From Macrostomum lignano (taxonomy: Eukaryota), in NCBI GenBank assembly GCA_002269645.1, contig NIVC01000327.1, positions 310,001 to 374,000 on the forward strand: a DNA stretch of 64,000 bases, in the 5' to 3' direction. This document shows, piece after piece, positions 24,925 to 36,900 of the stretch. The notes below the pieces were generated by a model. It saw only the letters and a program-made list of their open reading frames with translations. It had not been told where the DNA came from and searched no databases. The position numbers and the translations under genes are program-made. Numbering within the stretch: the stretch's first letter is position 1; each line of letters opens with the position of its first letter.

Positions 24925-25060
24925 GGCAACTGAGGATCTAGAGGCTGGCCGAAAAACAGGGTATTTGGGAAGGTGGCTCAGCAATTGAAGATCTGGAAGG
25001 CTGGCCCAGCAATTGAAGATCTGGAAGACTGGCCCAGCAACTGAGGATCTGGGAGAAAAT
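24925..25060 (+). repeat. Short degenerate array of the 28-bp minisatellite family
   Basis: ggctggcccagcaattgaagatctgg units match the arrays at 29285 and 57712. Confidence 0.8.
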
Positions 25061-25512
25061 GGCAGTGATTCCGAGGGTTCTAAGAAGATTGCAAAAAAAT
25101 TGAAGCAAGCATTTAAGACTTGCGCCGTGTTACACGCAATAACGTTTATCACACACAGAGAACACGAAGGACTTCAGCTGATTAACAGGAAAATATCGTT
25201 AATCCAACGTAGTGGTTGATGTATTTGAATTGTGTTGTAGAGGCTAGTGTATTAAAACAAAAACTAAAGCTACGAGTAGATAGAAATTACACAACACAAA
25301 ACATGTGCATTTATCTGGCAATATTTTACGTTAAGATCTATCTTGGATTAATGATGTTGTTAATCAAAAGGGGGCTGGGATTTTGGTACTAATTTGAAAA
25401 GGCTATCAATAATATTTATAGATTTGATTAAGTTTCAGTAAAAAAACGCTACAGAAGTATTGCATCCCAAACGTTTAAAAAGCTGTAACAAAACCAACAA
25501 TATTGTCTTGAC

Positions 25513-25890
25513 GGGGGGGGCATTACAAATCCGAAAAATCACAACTCCGAAAAGCGCTTTTCATCATACACCCGAAATATCACAAACCCGAAATATCATA
25601 ACTCCGAAATTGATAGCAACACACATCATAAACCCGAAAAATCATAACTTCGAAAGTTCTAGCAATGTCCAACACTATTTTGGTTTTCGGAGTTATGATA
25701 TTTCGGGTTTATGATGTGCGTTGCTAACACCTTCGGAGTTATGATATTTCGGGTTTATGATGGGCGTTGCTTTTTTGTTTTTCGGAGTTGTGATTTTTCG
25801 GGTTTATGATATTTCGGGTTTGTGATATTTCGGGTTTATGATGGGAAGTGCTTTCGGAGTTGTGATTTTTCGGGTTTATGATGACGACCC
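25513..25890. mobile_element. Hairpin MITE with arms built of ~15-bp subrepeats (atcataaacccgaaa)
   Basis: Left half is the reverse complement of the right half; TSD gtcttgac / gtcttgtc (7/8). Confidence 0.7.
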
Positions 25891-26047
25891 GTCTTGTCGA
25901 CTATTAAAAATCTTTTAAAGTGGCTGAGTTTAACGTGCAAGCTTACTCTAAAACAGAATTGTACACTAGAAAAAGCAAGAGGCATATTGTGACGCAAGTC
26001 AGTAACTAAAAAAACACAGATCCCTGATCCTTGAACTCCTGAACTGC

Positions 26048-29000
26048 TCAAAGTTTGCTGCTAACAGTTCCAGATTCTGCAGCCTCGTTCCCGCTTAAAA
26101 GCAGCAAGCGAAACTGGGCACACAAAGGCAGATGATCGGACGACTGCAGTCGATTAGGTATGCCCCCAATCTGATTCAACTGCCGAGGCGTTAACAGATT
26201 CAGTTGAGCCAAGCACTGCAGCAAAGGTACTGGAGTCGGTTTCAATTCTGTCTGCTCTGCCGTTTTTTTGCTAACCGAAGTTCGACCCGAACTATAAAAG
26301 ATTGCGTCCACTGTACAACTGTCTTGAGCAGTGTAGGACGTTATAGTAAACAGATTGTTGGAGTCGCGATAGTCGTAAGCCGATTGGAAACTCAATTGAT
26401 GAGAGAGCACTAATTCAGTAGGAGGTGCTTTTTCCTGCTTCTTTCTCTCGGCAGAATTTGATTCTGAATCGGCCTCTTTAAACTGGCATTCGAACGTGAA
26501 TCCAGCCCGTTTAATAAGTTCGGGATTGAGATAGGCCTGCGATCGCCGTCTGAGAAAGCTGGTAGCATTCTGCATAGAAATATCGGACACTAGCAGTTTG
26601 TCCAGACTGAGACTGCCCTCCAGGAACAGATGGAACAGAGCGGAATTTGGTTGCGAATTCAAGTCTCCGCACAGAATCACCGGAGTCTCGGGTGCAACAG
26701 TGCTAGCAAGTGTGGCAAGCAGATTAGCCGATTGTAACAGTTTGGCATCGCCCCGATTTGGATTAAACAACAGGTGCGTATTTGCGATAGCGATTTGGCT
26801 AGACGGATTTGATAGCAAGCTGAGGATGGCCACCTGAGCCACATTGTGATAAGCCATGGCTGGCAGATCCTCCCTATAAAACTCTACAGGCGTGTACTTA
26901 TCCAATCGGAACACATCGCGACGCCAGAAAATAGCGCAACCGTCTAAAGCTTTGCCAGTCTTGGCCAAATAACAGCCCTCAAAGCCGAGCGAGCTGAGCT
27001 CACGCTCGAAATAATTGGCATAGGCGTCTGGCTCCACCTCCTGCAAGCAGAGGACGTCCGCGCGCAAGCAGCGAATATCGGATAACAGATTCAATCGCCT
27101 CAGAGGCCAATTTAACCAGCGCGGATTGCGCACGTGACTGTACAAGTGCGGATTAAATTCCAGATGACATTGGGCAAGAATGTTATAAGATAGTACGCGA
27201 AAATCCACGTGCCCAGAATCCTCTGGTTGAAGCGACGAGCTATTCGGATCTGCAAATTGTTTCCATCGTCGAAGGCTTGGCGAAGCTGAATTACACGAGG
27301 ATGAGTAGTTTCTCTGGTGTCCAAAGTTCGATCCAGCACCGCCCATACCCTGCTGATTGTAGGGCCTGTACCGAAATATACTGCCTCCGCGACCACTACT
27401 GCGATGCTGACTCTGATACTGATGATGCTGATACTGCATAAGAGATCCATAAGACAACGCTTGCATGTCCTGTTGAAAATAATCTAAGCCTTGTTGAGGA
27501 TGATGACCTGCTACCTGAAAGTATGAATAATTACTAGTTTGATAGCCGCCACTATCACTACTGGTAGTAGCATTCTGAGATGAATTCCAATTTTGATGGG
27601 ACCGGCGAAAAATCGAGCTTCTGCTTTCAGGTGGCCTGCTTTGGTTTCCTTGCATTTCCGTTGAGTAGTAGCTGGATTCCGATCCCGCTGTTGTTATTGC
27701 TGCTTTCAATTTCTGGCACCAAAGGGGCCGAATTCTACTGCTAATGCGGTGTAGGGAACGAAAAACTGGCTGAAAAAATTAATTTCAATTTAAGCAATAA
27801 TTAGGCAATATTCTGGCGATTATTGAATACAATTAATGGAAGTTTTTCATAGACTGAACTATTAGATGCTGTCACCTTAATCTTTATTCTAACATCATAG
27901 CTTAAGCATGAACAGCTGTAGAAGAACGAAGCCTATACATTTGATCTGTACATTTTTACTAGGATTTTATGCTTGTGCGTTCAAGCATTCCAATGTTTGA
28001 CACGCAAGAAAGTGATGAATTTGAAGGTGGGACCTACTTGTCTTTTTTAAAGAACCGACGCCTTACACCTGATGCTGTACCCTCGATCTTCCCGAATGCT
28101 TCTTCCTAAATTAGTACTTTCCTACCACGCATCTGGCCTCCCAGTTAGGTAAATTATCATTCGCCGAAGACCTGACAGTACAAGGCAGGTACTACTACGA
28201 GTATACTAACAACGATGAGGAACGTGAACAGCGACAAAAGATGATTTCTGTTACAAACTCACAAGAAATTTTGAGAAATCTCTTAAACTAGCGAAACTTG
28301 AAGCCAAGGTTGATTGCTCAATCGTTAGATCACCTAGCAGAGCAAATATCCTTCGTTCCCGAACATAAAATAAATAAGAGTGGGAAGAAAAAAAAATTTG
28401 ATGAAACAAAGAATTCATAAATCGTGGCCTAAATAACTAAGCAATATGACTAAGCACATTTTGTTAATTGTAGTAATAATAGTAATAATAATTGATTACA
28501 CCTTGCTCCAATTGGGCCAGATGTGCAGCCAAGAACTGAAAGCTGCCGACATGTGGCTCACACCACACATCCTCAATTACCCCAGCTAATGCTGGCACCC
28601 ATTTTACAGCTGGGTGAACTGAAGCAATGCAGAGTTAAGTGCCTTGCTCAAGGACACAAATTGTTCCAGTGGGATCAGAAATCGAACCCCCGACCTTCAA
28701 GTCGTGAGTCCGACGCTCTAACCACTAATCTACAACCCCCTTTAATTGTAATAAAACTACAAGTGAGCTACGCTCGTACCCAGAAGAAAAAGAAAATTTA
28801 GTTTTGAACTTAAATTAAGAAATTTTGAGCAGTAAAGTAATGAAGAACTACTAAAAAACTACAAGCTCTCAGCAAGAAAGTTATAATAAGCCGATATATT
28901 TCACACTCCACTACATGCACAATTTCAAAACTAAGTAACTATTTATAAGAAACATTAAACAACTAACAAAAGTAGCGCGCATGTTAACTCAGTTAATTTT

Positions 29001-29230
29001 TAGCTAATTATCGCCTTTATTTTGATTCCGGGCTGCTTCAAGTCGCAGTACGTGAGGTGGCAGTAGTGACAAACCAATCCAGGACGTGATTGCATGAGCC
29101 TCTGTAATTTGTGTAGGTGTCCAAATGAGTGATTATGCATTGCTGCCAATTAGTGATCACAAAGTGTACTTGAAGCACCTAACTCAATAAGACTTACTAG
29201 AGACGATTGTAGGATATTTTTCGTACGCAT
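26048..29230 (-). CDS. angel: Angel homolog (CCR4/nocturnin-like EEP, 2',3'-cyclic phosphatase family); model join(29230-29198,29101-29075,27769-26048), 593 aa; internal Met at 27655 gives 535 aa
   Basis: VLSYNILAQ, LCLQEVE, GCAIFW, NTHLLFNPNRGDAK (Angel-type), LCGDLNSQP, TVDAIFYS, SSDHLPL. The large exon is secure; the two micro-exons are inferred (phase 0; one weak gtttgt donor). Confidence 0.9.
27969..28109 (+). pseudogene. Degenerate THAP-domain C-terminal fragment, probably a transposon relic, antisense in an angel intron
   Basis: RRLTPDAVPSIFP resembles the THAP AVP(T/S)IF box; a damaged V-C-S-K-H-F-like motif lies upstream. Confidence 0.45.
28470..28735 (-). mobile_element. tRNA-derived SINE, copy 1
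   Basis: Minus strand: tggttagagcgtcggactc (A box), ggttcgat (B box), gtgtccttgagcaaggcacttaac core, (tatta)n tail; homologous to 55375-55612. Confidence 0.8.
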
Positions 29231-29284
29231 CCAGTTGGAACTCTGAAATTTAGGCAGAAAAAGTATTTCCAAATTAAAAGTAAA

Positions 29285-30220
29285 TTCTGGAAGGCTGGCC
29301 CAGAAACTGAGGATGTGGGAGGCTGGCCCAGCAACTGAGGATCTGGGAGGCTGGCCCAGAAACTGAGGATCTGGGAGACTGGCCCAGCAATTGAGGATCT
29401 GGGAGGCTGGCCCAGAAACTGAGGATCTGGGAGGCTGGCCTAGCAATTGAGGATCTGAGAGGCTGGCCCAGCAACTGAGGAGCTGGGAGGCTGGCCCAGC
29501 AACTGAGGATCTGGGAGTCTGGCCCAGCAACTGAGGATCTGGGAGGCTGGCCCAGCAACTGAGGATCTGGGAGGCTGGCCCAGCAACTGAGGATCTGGGA
29601 GGCTGGCCCAGCAACTGAGGATCTGGGAGTCTGGCCCAGCAACTGAGGATCTGGGAGGCTGGCCCAGCAATTGAGGATCTGGGAGGCTGGCCCAGCAACT
29701 GAGGATCTGGGAGGCTGGCCCAGAAACTGAGGATCTGGGAGGCTGGCCCAGCAACTGAGGATCTGGGAGGCTGGCCCAGAAACTGAGGATGTGGGAGGCT
29801 GGCCCAGCAACTGAGGATCTGGTAGGCTGGCCCAGCAACTGAAGATCTGGGAGGCTGGCCCAGAAACTGAGGATCTGGGAGGCTGGCCCAGCAATTGAGG
29901 ATCTGGGAGGCTGGCCCAGAAACTGAGGATCTGGGAGGCTGGCCTAGCAATTGAGGATCTGAGAGGCTGGCCCAGCAACTGAGGAGCTGGGAGGCTGGCC
30001 CAGCAAATGAGGATCTGGGAGTCTGGCCCAGCAACTGAGGATGTGGGAGGCTGGCCCAGCAACTGAGGATCTGGGAGGCTGGCCCAGAAACTGAGGATCT
30101 GGGAGGCTGGCCCAGCAACTGAGGATCTGGGAGGCTGGCCCAGCAATTGAGGATCTGGGAGGCTGGCCCAGCAACTGAGGAGCTGGGAGGCTGGCCCAGC
30201 AACTGAGGATCTGGGAGGTT
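29285..30220 (+). repeat. 28-bp minisatellite in the putative 5'UTR intron of angel (30301-29243)
   Basis: Unit gggaggctggcccagcaactgaggatct; minus-strand donor gtgagt at 30301 and acceptor tttcag at 29243 bracket it. Confidence 0.95.
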
Positions 30221-30774
30221 GGCAAGTGGCTCCTTAACTGAAAAAAGGAAGAATTAAAAATAAATCAAAGCAGAAATTTCCATTTATTAACAAAGACTCA
30301 CCTGAACTAGTCTTCATTCTGACCAATGTGATCAGACCCATAAGAACAATTGGAGTAGGAATGGTTACAATCAGAGCGTGTTTAAATGAAATGAAAGTTT
30401 TAGTAGCAGGCCGACCAGAGGCTACGTGCGCCTTCCGAGTTGCCTTGGTGAATCTTTGCACCGTTGTGAACATGCTGCAGTGCAGAAATGTTTGACAAAC
30501 ATCAACTAAGCATCCAGGTTTGCTAAGAATTAGACTAATTTCAGGCTAAGTACATTTCTAAACAATAAATAACAAACTAACAGATAAGAGTGCAAAATTT
30601 CGTCTTAAAATTGACATTGCTAATGCACAGGCCACTGTGAAAATGCGTATAATGATATAATTAAGTTTAATTGACTGTACGAGCACGTTATTAACATATT
30701 TAATGCGAGTCGAGGAAAAAACACTTCGAATGATATTGGTTGGGAGGGGGGAGGGTGCTAATGGTGGCTGGTCA

Positions 30775-31425
30775 ATGGGGCGCCAGGTTGCTTTGAAAGG
30801 CGCTATGATGATTTGGAAGTCGCCATAGAGATTTGGAAGGCGCCATAGGGAGTTGGAAGGCGCCATGAGGATTTAGAAGGCGCCATAGGGAGTTGGAAGG
30901 CGCCATAGGGAGTTGGAAGGCGCCATGAGGATTTGGAAGGCGCTATAGAGATTTGTAAGGCGCCATGAGGATTTGGAAGGCGCCATAGGGAGTTGGAAGG
31001 CGCCATGAGGATTTGGAAGGCGCTACAGAGATTTGTAAGGCGCCATGAGGATTTGGAAGGCGCTATAGAGATTTGTAAGGCGCCATGAGGATTTGGAAGG
31101 CGCCATAGGGAGTTGGAAGGCGCCATGAGGATTTGGAAGGCGCCATAGGGAGTTGGAAGGCGCCATGAGGATTTGGAAGGCGCCATAGAGATTTGGAAGG
31201 CACCGCATGGATTTGGAAGGCGCCATGAGGATTTGAAAAGCGCCATAGAGATTTGGAAGGCGCCGCATGGATTTGAAAGGCGCCATAGGGATTTGATAGG
31301 CGCCGCATGGATTTGAAAGGCGCCATGGGGATTTGATGGGCGCCATAGGGATTGGGGAAGCGCCATGAGGAACTGAAAGGCGCCAGAGGGATTTGAGAGG
31401 CGCCACGGATTTGGAAGGCGCTGAA
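30775..31425 (+). repeat. 20-bp minisatellite
   Basis: Unit gatttggaaggcgccatgag. Confidence 0.95.
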
Positions 31426-32131
31426 TCGATTTTAGAAACACACAGAGATATTTATGCACATGTAGATAACGTTTCAGCCGAAGCATTGAATTACATGATG
31501 TAATTAAAATCAAGCCGGAAAACTAATTCAAACACAACTTCCTCGAAATGCTACTATCAATAGCAGAAAATGAAAATCAAACAAATAACGAAGACGAAGA
31601 ATAATAACATCAAGTGTTAATAGAAATTAAAGCCTCTAAGAATCATTTTGAGTAGCTGGCATAGGATTATAACCAATCCGCTCATTCCTAATAGCCTTCT
31701 CGCGTTCCAGATCGGACACTACAGGCTCTGCTTTAATGTCTGAAGTCGATGACGACGAAGCAGCGGTAGCAGCAGCAGCCGCAGCCCTAGCTTTAGCAAC
31801 TGTTCGAGCTTACTCAAGCTCAGATAGATCGTCCATTTTCAATTCAATTCGACTGATTGGTCGGCGAAGCATGATTTAATTAGTCAAATAATTACCGAGC
31901 TATCATGAATATTTAGTCGAGTATGTATTAATTATAATAGAATAGAAATTATAATTAAATTAAATTATAATTATAATAGAAACTGACGAAATTTCTATGG
32001 CCAAAAGACCATAGATCCAGTGCTGCAGTCAGCGGCCACGCCGGCCAAGACTGTCTATGGTAAATCCTCACTTATCGTTGTGCCATACGAGCCAACTATA
32101 ATGTTTTAAAATGCATTTAAAAGTTTCTAAT

Positions 32132-32968
32132 TGATGGGAATTCCACTGAGGCTGAGGGGGGATTTCTCTGATGGGAATTCCACTGAGGCTGAGAGGGATT
32201 CCTCCGATGGGAATTCCACTGAGGCTGATGAGGAATCCTACGATGGGAATTCCACTGAGGCTGATGAGGAATCCTACGATGGAAATTCCACTGAGGCTGA
32301 TGAGGATTCCTCCGATGGGAATTCCATCGAGGCTGAGGGGGGTTCCTTCAATGGGAATTCCACTGAGGCTGGGGTTCCTCCGATGGGAATTCCACTGAGG
32401 CTGAGGGGGTTCCTCCGATGGGAATTCCACTGAGGCTGACGGGGGATTCCATCGATGAGAATTCTACCGAGGCTGAGGGGGATTCCTTCGATGGGAATTT
32501 CACTGAGGCTGAGGGGGATTCCTCCGATGAGAATTCCACTGAGGCTAAGGGGGGATTTCTCTGATGGGAATTCCACTGAGGCTGAGAGGGATTCCTCCGA
32601 TGGGAATTCCACTGAGGCTGATGAGGAATCCTACGATGGGAATTCCACTGAGGCTGATGAGGAATCCTACGATGGAAATTCCACTGAGGCTGATGAGGAT
32701 TCCTCCGATGGGAATTCCATCGAGGCTGAGGGGGGTTCCTTCAATGGGAATTCCACTGAGGCTGGGGTTCCTCCGATGGGAATTCCACTGAGGCTGAGGG
32801 GGTTCCTCCGATGGGAATTCCACTGAGGCTGACGGGGGATTCCATCGATGAGAATTCTACCGAGGCTGAGGGGGATTCCTTCGATGGGAATTTCACTGAG
32901 GCTGAGGGGGATTCCATCGATGAGAATTCCACCGAGGCTGAGGGGGATTCCTCCGATAGGAATTCCAA
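32132..32968 (+). repeat. 36-bp minisatellite with a 393-bp higher-order duplication
   Basis: Unit gatgggaattccactgaggctgagggggattcctcc; variant pattern from 32171 recurs from 32564. Confidence 0.95.
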
Positions 32969-33945
32969 AGATTTTACTTTTTAGGATTTCAAACTAATAT
33001 ATCTTACATTTCAAACTAATATATCTTACCGTAAACTTACACAAAAATCCTAAAAGTATGATACTACTCAATCACTAGCTAAAATAATATAAACAGAAGA
33101 CAAAAATCGTTTCTACAAGAATAATGATTTTTTATTTAATCATTTCTGCAACCATACGCTATTAATGGCTTTAAATAGCATCAATTTGCGGTACATGAAC
33201 AATTTTTGAAATATATCAGCTCTTTATGTATACCAAAAAATATTGAAAGCTTTTTACTGGTTAGCACGTTACCGAATGCAATTATTTTTATTCAAAAGAG
33301 CAGAGCACAATTCCAGCAGTAGGCCAAAAGACTATGATAATTAATATGAAAGCTTTTGGTTTTTATATTTTATGTGACAGTACTAAATAACAAACAGAAA
33401 TTTAAATTAATCAAAATAATGCATGGACGCAAAAGCCACACAACACGACAAGAAAAATCATAAAAAACGATGCTCTCTGTTTCTGGTCCAAGTCAGACAG
33501 TACAAAATTATGTAAAAAAAACAATACAGTGATAAGCGCAAGTTGACCTCAAACTTTCATAGCACAGCAAGGCATACGGGTGGTTTTTTACTTTCAGGTG
33601 AATGGTGAAATGAAACAATATTGATAAGCACATTTTATGTTGACTGTTTCGGATTTTTCATACTTTCTTATCAAAAAGAGCTCTTTAGAGACGGCATAGC
33701 AAACTAACAAAATTCCATAATCAATTCATACTAACTAGGATTTTCCTCCAATTAACTGAGATTCTCAAGCACATACTTATCAAACTTTTGGAGGTTCTTG
33801 AAATCATTCTTAAGATCATATTTTTTAACCAAGTGATGAAAAAGATGAAATGCCAGAATCAAATCATTTAATGACTGAAACCCAATACTGCCCCCAAGGG
33901 GGGGAAACCGTGCTAGTCCACACAACTAAATTTCTCCAGCTAAGT

Positions 33946-36900
33946 TCAGCACAAACACGGATCTTCGTCGTAGTCCTCCGGATCGTCGCTATTTCTTTGG
34001 TTGCCATGAAGACTGAACCCTGTGTCGCGAGACGCGGAATCCTCCGCTTTACTATAATTGCGCGACATCATCGGCCGACTATTAACCAGCTTGTGGGCCA
34101 GAGTTAAGAATATCGACTCAACGTGATTAGCTTTAGAATCGTCTTTGGCGCTAGTCTCAAACAGTGGCATAGAGTGACTGTCAGCGAATCGTTGAGCAGT
34201 TTGAGTAGGCACCGATTGTGCTGGCTCGTCACATTTATTGCCAATCAATAATCTAGGTATGTCACCAGTTAAATAATGCTCCTCGCACTCTTGCAACCAG
34301 ATTGGCAGACTATTAAAAGAGTTTGGCTTAGTCATATCGTACACAAATACTACTGCGTGAACATTGCGATAGTAGTGCGGTAGCATGCTGCGGCGGAATC
34401 GCTCCTGTCCGGCCGTGTCCCAGAGTTGGAGCTGTGTTGGTTATTTCAATAGAATGGACAATTTAGTAAAGACCAAAGGTATCAGTTATTTTTACATTTT
34501 TATAATAATGTTTAGAGTTAGTTGAGAGCGATTTTATAAGTCAAAAAGATAGATGTAAGAGCGATGAGATTCAGGTGATCAGCTTTGGCATTCAGAGTGT
34601 AGCCAGGATTTTCTATATTTAGGGCGCCAGTACCAAGCGGCTTTAGGATGCTCTACATCTCTAAAGGCCTTAAGCACAAAGGGGCGCCAATAACAAGGGC
34701 CTTAGATAAAGCAAGGAAAAGCCTGAGTCTAAGCATTGAGGAAGACAATAAGGAAATGACAACTTGGACTACTGAAAATTAAACATGACATCGGAATTTG
34801 TGGTACTAACATTTTTGCTAAAACAATATTGCATAGCATAGTCCTAGCTATGAAAACTTGGAAAATTACCCTTCTTTTTATTAAAGCAAAAATGGTGGAT
34901 TTTTTGCATATTTTTGTGTTCTAATGCAAAAAGTACAAGGGTTGTTCCAGAAATAGTGGGAAAAACTGGTACAGAGGCTGACTGTGATATTCAAATTTGA
35001 TGCAACTTTCGTCATAAGTAGAAAAAATCCAACGGTTGTTTTGGTTTTTAAATGGGCCAAAAATGTCAATTCTTTCAAAAGTTAGGCCTATAAATAGAAC
35101 AAGGGGTTAGGGGTAGAGTTACAACCAAGTCGAGCCTACTATGCTGGCCATAGACTAAACTTTTGATGTTTAGTCAGAACCATTGATTCGAAAACAAAAG
35201 CAAAGGAAGAAGCTGAAGAGAAACAAAAGAGCACATAAGCTCTCAAAAAAGCAGAAGCTAATCTGAAGCAGAAGCGGAAGCAGAACAGCTGCAGGCTGCA
35301 GGCTGAGGGGTGACTAAGTTGAAAAATCATCAGTCAAGTGTGATGGCGATGCTGCGTGACCAACTTTGCAGACCCCTCAACTTGGTGTAACTCTACACCC
35401 CCACCCATTGTTCTATTTATAGGCACAACTTTTGAAAGAATTGACATTTTTACCCTATTTACAACATTATATTATATGAAAAGAAATGGTGAAAGGCTAT
35501 TATATCAATAATGATTAAAAAAAATTAAATATTTTAAATCCAACCTTAAAAACCTTTTATTCATATAAACACTATAACTTTATAAGTTAGTATTTACAAA
35601 TTACAATATTATTTCTAGGCATGCAACTTGTTGTGACCAAAAATGCAACTTATAAAAAGCTTAAGCAAAAATAATATAATTCTGTGTAAATAATAGGAAA
35701 ACTATGACTATATTATATTAAGGCTAAATTCCAAGTTAACTAATTAGTAGTACAATGTTTATATTTGTTTGGGTGGGCATCTTTGTGACTTACCTTGGCT
35801 GACCCTCTAACTAGCCAGCCAGATTGTCTAGTCAATATTGTTAAAACAAGCTTGGCCAGGTGTTATGCATATATTGTCACTTAATTTCAATAAATTTGCT
35901 GGATCTAGACTAGAAACTCAGCCTTTTAAACTTTATTGGTATAATGCATATACAACACCTAGCAAACCTGGCCAAACTGGCTTAGTAAAAAAAGCTACTT
36001 GCCTAAAAATTGACCCTAAAAATGAAAACTTAAAAAGGATAATCAAGGAGCCAAAGAACCAAAAAATTCAAAATAAAAAAGAAAAATGAGGAAAAGACAA
36101 AGATGAAAAAAACAAAAATAAATAACAATAGCTCAAGACAAAGGGTTACAAGGGGTAAGTAATCTAAGTAATAGCTATTACTTAAATTAAATTGCTATAA
36201 CAAACCAACCATAAACAAATGCATAATAAATGCTTAGCTAACTATATCAAGATAAAATGCTACACAAGAGATTGTGAGACAGGAACATATTATTTTAAAT
36301 TCTAAAATCTTACTTATGACTCAATAACACTTCTTTATATTATGAACTTTGCTCTATTTTTTGGATTTTTTAATGTAGTGTAAAAGTCTACATATTAATT
36401 TTGCAAATATTTGTCTTTTTATTTGTCTTTCATTTCTTTTTTAATCTTTTGTAATCTTTTTAATCTTTCTTAATTCTTTCTTAATCTTTTGTACCTTTTT
36501 TGCTATGCCTGCTAATGATATTGAAACAACCTTCCTATTTGTATTTTATTATGAGCTAATTAACTTTCATGTTTCAGAAAAATAAGTTGATAAAAAAATT
36601 GATAATTACAAATGTAAGCCAAAAAAATTAGTGCACACCTATTCTTAAAACTCTGCTAGTGTTGCAACAAAAAATGACCTTTTACATTGTGAAATAGACC
36701 CTTTTTGACAAACAAATTGGTTTATTTATTTCTGTTTTTGGCATTAATATTTATAGTAGAAAATTGATATATATAAAGATTTGTTTAAATGCTTTACTAT
36801 AAGCTTAAAAACTTGGAAAGAGGGAAATTTCTATTAAGAAATAAACTTTTTTGACCTTTTTTCTACTTTACAGTAACTCTTCTGTGATTTTATGAAGTGC

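Noticed and set aside
28470-28735. Functional tRNA gene
   Set aside because: tRNA-like head is degenerate and fused to a SINE core and tail
28990-30548. Separate small spliced gene read in phase 1 (…MKTSS/EFQLDAYEKYPTIVS/KAHAITSW…)
   Set aside because: The same splice sites are better explained as angel 5' exons, whose phase-0 reading gives a coherent presequence; RNA-seq would decide
29150-32968. Pro/Ser-rich and other repetitive ORFs of 75-350 aa
   Set aside because: Translations of the 28-, 20- and 36-bp arrays
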